A DNA stretch of 64,000 nt from an uncultured bacterium. GTDB lineage: Bacteria; Patescibacteriota; Minisyncoccia; Phycocordibacterales; Phycocordibacteraceae. The stretch lies in assembly GCA_963759775.1 (NCBI GenBank), contig CAVXAH010000001.1, forward strand, positions 144,682 to 208,681, read 5' to 3'. Below the pieces are notes generated by a model. That model made no database searches. It was not told the DNA's origin and worked only from the letters and a program-made list of their open reading frames with translations. The translations under genes were made by a program, and so were the position numbers. This document shows positions 42,490 through 48,770 of the stretch, one piece after another; the stretch's first letter is position 1, and each line of letters begins with the position of its first letter.

Positions 42490-43542
42490 ATGCCCAAAGA
42501 AACCTTCTCGTCCCTTCAGCACTTTTTGTTCCTTGGCGTGCTCCTTGGGGTTACCGCTCTGTTCATCTGGCTTCTCTCTCCTTTCGTTATGAGTGTGTTC
42601 TGGGCGCTCGTGCTCGCCATTGTGCTTCATCCGGTCTTCGTTCATCTTTCTGCGCGAATGAAAGGTCCGGTCATTGCAGCGCTCACTACCATTCTTCTCA
42701 CCCTAGTCATTGTCGGCGTTCCTCTCTACTTCATTGGGTCGCGCACCGCACATGAAGGACTTGCGCTTTACCACCACATTGCATCTGGCGGGGTGGACTT
42801 CAATGCTATAACCGAAAATCCACTCGTTGCGAAAACTCTGCTCTTCATTGGAGTTGAGCCTAGCGGAGCGGTAGCCGGAGTAAGTGCTTTTATACGAGAC
42901 ACGAGCGGAACCATCGCAGGAGAAGCGCTCTCCATTGGCGCAGCAACGGCGAGCGTGCTTCTTAAAACCGCTATCACGCTCTATCTCCTCTTCTTCTTTT
43001 TGAAAGATGGTGTAGCGATCGCACGCTACTTTCAACGCATCATTCCTCTTGGGGACGAGCGCGAACGCCTCCTCTTTAAACGCTTTACCTCAACGACCCG
43101 CGCCGTTCTCAAAGGAACCCTCATTGTTTCCATCGCTCAAGGTCTTATCGGAACCATTATCTTCTTGATCGCGGGTGTGCAAAGTGCGGTGCTGTGGGGT
43201 GTCTTGATGGCGTTTTGTGCCATGATCCCGGCCGTCGGCCCTTTCCTCGTTTGGCTTCCTATCGGGCTCTTCTTGCTTGTCACGGGTAGCGTGTGGCAAG
43301 GAGCACTCGTCCTCATTGCCGGAGCATTCATCATTGGCAGTGTAGACAATATCCTTAGACCGATTCTTGTGGGACGCGATATTGAAATGCCGGATGCGCT
43401 TGTGCTTCTTTCCATCTTGGGAGGCATCGCTACCTTCGGTGTCGCTGGCGTTATCATCGGCCCCGTCATCGGTGCCCTGTTCCTCTCGATTTGGGATTTG
43501 TTTGGAAAGGACTTTAGCGAAGAAATAGCCCTCCACGGGTAG
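42490..43542 (+). CDS. AI-2E family transporter (PerM/YhhT-like permease)
   Basis: It is a polytopic membrane protein with the characteristic C-terminal region ILRPILVGRDIEMPDALVLLSILGG. The ATG at 42490 is preceded by TACAAT plus 6 nt; the ORF-track start is 42469. Confidence 0.75.
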   Translation: MPKETFSSLQHFLFLGVLLGVTALFIWLLSPFVMSVFWALVLAIVLHPVFVHLSARMKGPVIAALTTILLTLVIVGVPLYFIGSRTAHEGLALYHHIASGGVDFNAITENPLVAKTLLFIGVEPSGAVAGVSAFIRDTSGTIAGEALSIGAATASVLLKTAITLYLLFFFLKDGVAIARYFQRIIPLGDERERLLFKRFTSTTRAVLKGTLIVSIAQGLIGTIIFLIAGVQSAVLWGVLMAFCAMIPAVGPFLVWLPIGLFLLVTGSVWQGALVLIAGAFIIGSVDNILRPILVGRDIEMPDALVLLSILGGIATFGVAGVIIGPVIGALFLSIWDLFGKDFSEEIALHG

Positions 43543-43679
43543 CGTATCCCAAAATCCTCATCTGCTTCGTTGCTCGCTCCGATGCGCCCTCACCATAGAT
43601 CTGACTATGGCTCGGTTTGCTTCTCGCTCGCGCCTTGCATCTGAAGGATTTTTGGACACGCTACAAGAAACAAAATGTG

Positions 43680-43711
43680 AAAACCGGGCACGCATGCGTG
43701 CCCGGTTTTTT
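43680..43711. terminator. rho-independent terminator (palindromic, usable on both strands)
   Basis: The sequence is aaaaccgggcacgc-at-gcgtgcccggtttttt, immediately downstream of ORF 43727-44029 on the reverse strand. Confidence 0.75.
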
Positions 43712-43726
43712 CTCGCATAAAAAACT

Positions 43727-44029
43727 TTAGTGTCCTTCGATTTGCCGACGAAGTACTTTCGGAGCTCGAAGTTTTCCAAGAAGCGCGAGACTCTCCTTGC
43801 CTGTGAGACGACGACCCATGTAAAGGTGCGAGTAGGAAAGAACCGAGAAAGCAACTGGGTGCGCGTGAACCGATTGGCTCTTGCAAATGACCTTCAGAAG
43901 TTCCTGCTTGTCTTCTTCCGTCATCAAGCGCTCGTGCTGTCCAGATGTTGCGAGAGCCTGATTTTTCCTCAACTCCATAGCTGCTGCGATCACTTCAGGG
44001 TACATGGTATTCCCCGGTGGTGGATCCAC
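43727..44029 (-). CDS. hypothetical 100 aa protein with weak XRE-type HTH-like C-terminus (cassette X cargo)
   Basis: The segment SVLSYSHLYMGRRLTGKESLALLGKLRAPKVL resembles the second half of an XRE HTH. The GTG start is preceded by TATACT plus 5 nt, and a terminator lies downstream. Confidence 0.4.
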   Translation of the reverse strand: MDPPPGNTMYPEVIAAAMELRKNQALATSGQHERLMTEEDKQELLKVICKSQSVHAHPVAFSVLSYSHLYMGRRLTGKESLALLGKLRAPKVLRRQIEGH

Positions 44030-44053
44030 GTATAAGTATACCTTGCCCCGGTC

Positions 44054-44138
44054 TCACCAACGCATTTTATCAAGCCCAGCTTGAGCGGCGGCCTGTTCAG
44101 CCTCTTGCTTTGATTGCCCTTCTCCGCGCGCTATTTCT
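44054..44138 (-). repeat. diverged duplicate of the last 85 nt of rnc (including a stop codon)
   Basis: About 82 percent identical to 44853-44937. It encodes EIARGEGQSKQEAEQAAAQAGLDKMRW-stop, against ...AQNGLEKMRW-stop in the real gene. Confidence 0.85.
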
Positions 44139-44196
44139 CTCAATTTGCGATTTGTCTGGAAAGGACTTTAGTGAGGAGATAGCGTTGCATGGGTAG
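44137..44196 (+). repeat. diverged duplicate of the last 59 nt of perM (including a stop codon)
   Basis: It aligns to 43484-43542 and encodes LSICDLSGKDFSEEIALHG-stop, against LSIWDLFGKDFSEEIALHG-stop in the real gene. It abuts the rnc fragment back-to-back. Confidence 0.85.
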
Positions 44197-44248
44197 AACT
44201 TTCTAAACTATCCAACACCTGGTGTTGGATAAATTAAGACAAAAATAA

Positions 44249-44270
44249 CCCCGCGCTCGGATGCGCGGGG
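44249..44270 (-). terminator. rho-independent terminator of ORF 44283-44726
   Basis: The stem ccccgcgc-tcggat-gcgcgggg is followed on the reverse strand by ttattttt. A second hairpin lies at 44209-44231. Confidence 0.7.
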
Positions 44271-44282
44271 AAACAAAGAATC

Positions 44283-44726
44283 TTATTCTTGCAACTCTGT
44301 CTTTAGCAGCGCCAGGAAAATGTCCTCGAATGTTGCTTTCGGTTGGCGGGACAACAACTTCACCATTGAGGAAACGTTCCTACCCGCCTCAATCTGAAGA
44401 GTCACGAAATTCTGTGCCGACCCGCCCCTCTTCACCTTGAGGAATCGAAATGCGAGTAATTCTTTCTCACTCACTTTCAAAACCTTGGCCAAAGGCGGTA
44501 TACGGGACTTCGAAATCGCTCTGTCCCCGAGACGAAATTCACGATAGATACGACCCTCTGAAACAGACCCTGTGCCGAGCAAAAGCGCGACCCGCTCTCC
44601 AATCTGAGTAGGAGTCAAGAGAAGATCGACTTCTCTTTGCTTGAGGAAATTGCTCTGCTCGTCGATGTCTTGTTCTTTTTTTTGACTCGAATCTACAACG
44701 GTTATTTGAAAAGTCTTCATTTCCAC
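44283..44726 (-). CDS. XRE-like helix-turn-helix protein, 147 aa (cassette Y cargo)
   Basis: LTPTQIGERVALLLGTGSVSEGRIYREFRLGDRAISKSRIPPLAKVLKVSEKELL fits the XRE HTH pattern. It has its own TATAAT box and a GGGAG Shine-Dalgarno sequence 7 nt before the ATG. Confidence 0.6.
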   Translation of the reverse strand: MEMKTFQITVVDSSQKKEQDIDEQSNFLKQREVDLLLTPTQIGERVALLLGTGSVSEGRIYREFRLGDRAISKSRIPPLAKVLKVSEKELLAFRFLKVKRGGSAQNFVTLQIEAGRNVSSMVKLLSRQPKATFEDIFLALLKTELQE

Positions 44727-44775
44727 ACTCCCATTTCACGCCACGGAATGTGACGATTCCGCCATTTATTATATA

Positions 44776-44799
44776 CTACCACCTCATCTTGTCAAGACC
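44776..44799 (-). repeat. third, 24 nt copy of the rnc stop region
   Basis: Compare ctaccacctcatcttgtcaagacc with ctaccacctcatcttttctagacc at 44853-44876. Together they flank the family B hairpin as direct repeats. Confidence 0.75.
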
Positions 44800-44801
44800 T
44801 G

Positions 44802-44838
44802 CCCCGCACTAAACCTCGAGGACTCGGTTAGTACGGGG
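44802..44838. repeat. small palindromic repeat, family B, copy 1
   Basis: Compare ccccgcactaaacctcgaggactcggttagtacgggg with ccccgcactaaatgctcgaggactcgcagttagtacaggg at 48714-48753. Confidence 0.75.
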
Positions 44839-44852
44839 TAAACTTGCGGCTG

Positions 44853-45536
44853 CTACCACCTCATCTTTTCTAGACCGTTTTGGGCGGCAGCTTGTTCAGC
44901 CTCTTGCTTTGATTGCCCTTCTCCACGCGCTATTTCTTCTTTATCCAAAAAGATGCCAACGGTAAAAAGCTTTGCGTGGTCGGGACCAACCTGGGAAATG
45001 GTTTTGTATGCGGGAGTAACGCCACGCTTGTCCTGTGCTGCTTCTTGAAAACGACTCTTCGCGTCTTGGTAGCTCTTGTTTGCAATGACCTGATCAATCT
45101 TTCCGTAAAGATTATTGGCAATAAATGCCTCAGCGCCTTCGTACCCCTGGTCAAGGTAAATCGCGCCGATAATAGCTTCAAACGCATTTGCCAGAATAAT
45201 TTGGCGCGCACGGCCAGTGTCCTTTGCCTCGCCTTTTGAAAGGAGCAGGTAGCCGTTGATGCCGATTGCTCCCGCAACTTCGGCGAGCGAGACCGTGTTC
45301 ACGAGCGCCGCACGATAGCTGGTGAGCTCCCCTTCTGGTTTTGCAGGAAATTTGTCGTACAGAAAACGCGTCACGGCAAGTTCAAGCACCGCATCGCCCA
45401 AAAATTCAAGACGCTCGTTGTGGGACGAAGCCAGCCCCTTGTTTTCATTCAAATACGAACGATGTGTCAGCGCCTCGGCAAGAAGGCCGAGATCTTTAAA
45501 AGAAATACCGAGTTTCTTGGCGAAAGCCTCGAAGTC
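44853..45536 (-). CDS. rnc: ribonuclease III
   Basis: It has the RNase III signature NERLEFLGDAVL and a C-terminal dsRBD (KSRFQEAAQ...GEGQSKQEAEQAAA). The likely start is MDFEAFAKKLG at 45536. Confidence 0.9.
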   Translation of the reverse strand, partial: DFEAFAKKLGISFKDLGLLAEALTHRSYLNENKGLASSHNERLEFLGDAVLELAVTRFLYDKFPAKPEGELTSYRAALVNTVSLAEVAGAIGINGYLLLSKGEAKDTGRARQIILANAFEAIIGAIYLDQGYEGAEAFIANNLYGKIDQVIANKSYQDAKSRFQEAAQDKRGVTPAYKTISQVGPDHAKLFTVGIFLDKEEIARGEGQSKQEAEQAAAQNGLEKMRW

Positions 45537-45576
45537 CATAGCCACTAGGGTATCGGGTTTAGGGAAGATATACAAA

Positions 45577-46506
45577 CTAGGAACGACCGCCCGGGATTGG
45601 GGTGGCACCTGCACCAAGACGTGCCTGGTCAAGGAGTTTTTGAACCGCCGCGGTCACTATAGGGAGCATGTCGTCATAAAAATTGAGGTCAAGAATGTCT
45701 TGGAGACGGAACCACTTCGCGTCGTCAAGCCCTCCGCTTTTTTTAAGCGTCACTGGCTCAAAGGGAGAGGAAGCGAGGAAAAACCAAACGTGTTTGCGTA
45801 CCTTTCCCTTCTCCGGATGCGAAGCGACATACTCATTTTCGCCTACCTGTGACTCAACTTTGCAAGTCAAGCCCAACTCCTCTTTCACTACGCGCTCAAC
45901 ACCGCGCTCGGGTGTCGCATCTTTCTCAATATGACCTTTTGAGAGGGTCCAGTGTCCGAACACGTCGTGCACGAGCGCGAGGTAGTACTGACCATCGTGC
46001 CTTGCGTAGACAATCGCTCCCCCCATCTTTTCAAGAGGGAGATCTTCTCTTTTTACTTTCTTCTTCCCTGTCTCTTCTTTACCTGGTTCGCCGATTTCTT
46101 TGTATACCGCACCGAGTACGCCGTTTACAAAGCGGCCTGAGGAGTCTCCACCAAATGTTTTCGCGAGCTCAATGGCTTCGTTAATAGCGACCTTCGCTGG
46201 GACTTGGGAACGATCGGCAAACAAAAGCTCAAAAAGTCCAAGGCGAAGGATGTTGCGATCAACAGGCGCGATGCGCTCAAGCGGCCATTCAGGAGCCGCT
46301 TTTACAATGATGAGATCAATGTCTTCTTTTTTTGCGAGCACGCCTTTGAGGAGAGTTTCCATGAACGGCATATCGGCGCTGTCGCCTCCAAACTCGGCGG
46401 CGTTGCGCCCGAGAATTGCGTGCGCCTCGGCGTCCGTAACGTGCGTCGTGTCCCATTCAAAGAGGGACTGAAGTACCACCGAACGAGCGAGGTGTCGATT
46501 TGCCAT
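45577..46506 (-). CDS. nusB: NusB antitermination factor fused to a C-terminal Nudix hydrolase domain
   Basis: Residues 1-140 are NusB (ARSVVLQSLFEWD...VAINEAIELAKTFGGDSSGRFVNGVLG). The C-terminal 150 aa carry a Nudix box variant (GHIEKDATPERGVERVVKEELGL). Confidence 0.75.
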   Translation of the reverse strand: MANRHLARSVVLQSLFEWDTTHVTDAEAHAILGRNAAEFGGDSADMPFMETLLKGVLAKKEDIDLIIVKAAPEWPLERIAPVDRNILRLGLFELLFADRSQVPAKVAINEAIELAKTFGGDSSGRFVNGVLGAVYKEIGEPGKEETGKKKVKREDLPLEKMGGAIVYARHDGQYYLALVHDVFGHWTLSKGHIEKDATPERGVERVVKEELGLTCKVESQVGENEYVASHPEKGKVRKHVWFFLASSPFEPVTLKKSGGLDDAKWFRLQDILDLNFYDDMLPIVTAAVQKLLDQARLGAGATPIPGGRS

Positions 46507-46673
46507 GGCCCGTCACACTAACAAGGCATTGCAATTCACTTTGTGAATTGCAGCCGCGCTGGTAATTATTCGGCCTTCAAGCACAACGCTACCTTTGCGC
46601 AATCGCGCAGCTCGGAGAGCAATGATGCCTTGTAGTGTGTCGGGCATGGAAAGAGCTTGGGGTTGAGTATAGC

Positions 46674-46714
46674 AAAACAACAAGCCCGCGCCAGAGGCGC
46701 GGGCTTGTTGTTTG
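46674..46714 (-). terminator. rho-independent terminator downstream of rpmF
   Basis: The stem is aaaacaacaagcccgcgcc-agag-ggcgcgggcttgttgtttt. Confidence 0.8.
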
Positions 46715-46729
46715 TGTATTAGAAAGAAA

Positions 46730-47086
46730 CTATACGCCGCCGCCCATTCCCGAACGGGCCTTCGGACGGCCACCGCCCGCGATCTTGCCCATAATACCCT
46801 TCAAGCCCTTTGCCTCGGCACCTGCGTGCTTCATGTGCGCGTGCTCATGTGTATGGGCAGGTGCTTTTGGTTCCGTATTTGGACCCTTCACCTTCTCTGC
46901 TTTCACCTTCTTTACCTTCGCAACGACAATTTGCTTGCCCCTATACATACCTGTTACTTCATCAATATGGTGTGGGAGGCGGAGGTTGCCGCTTTCCTTA
47001 TCCTTCACAATAGACATGCCGACAAGGGCATGGTGCGACCGGCGGTTACCGGTGTGCGACTTCGTATGACGCATTCGAATTGACAT
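46730..47086 (-). CDS. rpmF: 50S ribosomal protein L32 with long His/Gly-rich C-terminal extension
   Basis: The N-terminus MRHTKSHTGNRRSHHAL matches the L32 signature. The protein is 118 aa against the usual 55-65 aa, and the tail contains HTHEHAHMKH and GGGRPKARSGMGGG. Confidence 0.75.
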   Translation of the reverse strand: MSIRMRHTKSHTGNRRSHHALVGMSIVKDKESGNLRLPHHIDEVTGMYRGKQIVVAKVKKVKAEKVKGPNTEPKAPAHTHEHAHMKHAGAEAKGLKGIMGKIAGGGRPKARSGMGGGV

Positions 47087-47103
47087 GAGGGAGAATTTAA
47101 CAC

Positions 47104-47178
47104 GCCCAGCACTAAAACGCCAGTAATCTTGTAGCCGAAAATAAACGACACCAAAAAACTAACCCATTAGTGCTGGGC
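47104..47178. repeat. family B-related inverted repeat (12 bp arms, 51 nt loop) in the rpmF upstream region
   Basis: The arms are gcccagcactaa (47104-47115) and ttagtgctgggc (47167-47178). They share the gcactaa/ttagtRc core of family B. Confidence 0.5.
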
Positions 47179-47229
47179 ACGCCGTCAAGAAAATGCAAAG
47201 CTTCTTGAAAAAGAAAACAGATGGTTTTG

Positions 47230-48027
47230 TTAATACGCCTCGCAATACGCATAGCTAGCGTTAAAAGCACCACAACAAACTCGACCACTTCCTCCTTTAT
47301 AAAACATTGAAACACCCGTGTTGTTTGGGTATTGTGGAGAGGTGCACTGCGACCCTGCAGATCCGGGGACGGCACCCGAACCAGGTGGTCCTGCTGGCCC
47401 TTGTGGTCCCGTTGCTCCCGAAGATCCCGGCGGTCCTTGAGGTCCCGTTGCTCCCGAAGATCCCGGCGGTCCTTGAGGTCCAGCGGGTCCACCTGGCCAC
47501 GCTGTTATACAACTTGCTCCAAGACAGAACTCATTTCCTTTCACACCACCCGCGACGTCGAGCTTCTTAGTGGGAGAAGTGTTGCCAATCCCTATATTGC
47601 CGGCTGAATTGATAGTCCATCCGTAACCAGCACTGGAGCGCCACGTGTAGAGACCACCATCGTTAGTCCAGATGTCCCAAGAGCCGGCTCCTGAGTCGGT
47701 GTCGGTGAGGGTGATTCCGGTGTGCGGTGAGCCCGCGATGTTGAGGACTTTTGCGACGCCGGCTGAGCTTGTTGGGTTTGTGGTGCCGATACCGACGTTG
47801 CCGTACTGGACGATAAGGCCGTTGGATGCCCCGCCGCTGTTGAGGAGGAGGCCACCTGTCTTTATGTTGGCGGTGGGACCCGTATCAAGAGGGGCGAGGG
47901 TGTTGTTGGTGGGTGGAGGAAATGAGGGTTCGGAGAAGGTTGCGGCAAAAGCGTTCAGGCCGAAGGAGACGGAAGCTGTCACGAGGACGGCGAACGTGGG
48001 AAGAATTAGATTGGATGATGATTTCAT
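47230..48027 (-). CDS. secreted collagen-like (G-X-Y repeat) protein with Cys-rich C-terminus
   Basis: It has a signal peptide and a Gly/Thr/Asn-rich beta-type region. These are followed by GPAGPQGPPGSSGATGPQGPPGSSGATGPQGPAGPPGSG, which is encoded by a 36 bp tandem duplication. Confidence 0.65.
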   Translation of the reverse strand: MKSSSNLILPTFAVLVTASVSFGLNAFAATFSEPSFPPPTNNTLAPLDTGPTANIKTGGLLLNSGGASNGLIVQYGNVGIGTTNPTSSAGVAKVLNIAGSPHTGITLTDTDSGAGSWDIWTNDGGLYTWRSSAGYGWTINSAGNIGIGNTSPTKKLDVAGGVKGNEFCLGASCITAWPGGPAGPQGPPGSSGATGPQGPPGSSGATGPQGPAGPPGSGAVPGSAGSQCTSPQYPNNTGVSMFYKGGSGRVCCGAFNASYAYCEAY

Positions 48028-48096
48028 ATTTGAATAATACCCCTCCCCATGAGAATAACAATGTGGATCCGAGGATATAAGAAGTCCTTATGGTTT

Positions 48097-48681
48097 TTAT
48101 GAGAGGATGTGCAAAAACGTGCGGCGATGAAGCGCGCAGGGACCGGATTTTTGGATAGCCTCGTAGTGAGCTTTAGTTCCGTACCCCTTATGTTTTTCAA
48201 ATCCGTAGCCAACGTATTCAAGAGCGTACTCGCACATGAGACGGTCGCGCATCACTTTCGCGGCAATTGAGGCGAGAGAAATAATAGGAACAAGAGCGTC
48301 GCCATCAATAATAGTCTTTTGCGTATACTCTGGCGGAGCTTTCAGAGAACCATCAAGATATACGTAGACATTCTGGGCGTCTGGCGCGAGAGCGGAGACG
48401 CCGCGAGCTACCGCTTCACGCACGGCGCGCGAAATCCCTTCCTTGTCTATGAATGCTGCATCCTGAAACTGCACCGAGAAACGCGCGTCGCCCTTCACAG
48501 ACCGCTCCTTAAGCATTTCAAATATCTTCTCGCGTTTCTTTTCAGAGAGTTGTTTTGAATCCTTCACACCCGGAAACTCTTTTGCCACGTCAAATCCCTC
48601 GGGGACACACACGACGCCGACCGAAACGGGCCCAGCCAAAGGCCCTCTCCCTGCCTCATCTACCCCGAGCATGAATCGCAT
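48097..48681 (-). CDS. rnhB: ribonuclease HII
   Basis: It has GVDEAGRGPLAGPV and DSKQLS motifs. Confidence 0.9.
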   Translation of the reverse strand: MRFMLGVDEAGRGPLAGPVSVGVVCVPEGFDVAKEFPGVKDSKQLSEKKREKIFEMLKERSVKGDARFSVQFQDAAFIDKEGISRAVREAVARGVSALAPDAQNVYVYLDGSLKAPPEYTQKTIIDGDALVPIISLASIAAKVMRDRLMCEYALEYVGYGFEKHKGYGTKAHYEAIQKSGPCALHRRTFLHILS

Positions 48682-48713
48682 AGGGAAAGTATACTGTGGT
48701 CTATGGCGTCCAA

Positions 48714-48753
48714 CCCCGCACTAAATGCTCGAGGACTCGCAGTTAGTACAGGG
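48714..48753. repeat. small palindromic repeat, family B, copy 2 (in the dnaE 5' region)
   Basis: See 44802-44838. It is preceded by TATACT at 48690-48695, and the dnaE ATG lies at 48771. Confidence 0.75.
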
Positions 48754-48770
48754 CATGGTTCATCCCACCT

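Noticed and set aside
43543-44852. A prophage, transposon or toxin-antitoxin interpretation of the perM-rnc insert.
   Set aside because: There is no integrase, transposase, terminal inverted repeats or second small ORF partner. Each unit holds one HTH-like gene and terminators only. It is reported instead as a cassette hotspot with duplicated gene ends.
47404-47475. A 36 bp perfect tandem duplication read as a possible CRISPR or minisatellite.
   Set aside because: There are only two units, they are in frame, and they encode the G-X-Y collagen-like tract.
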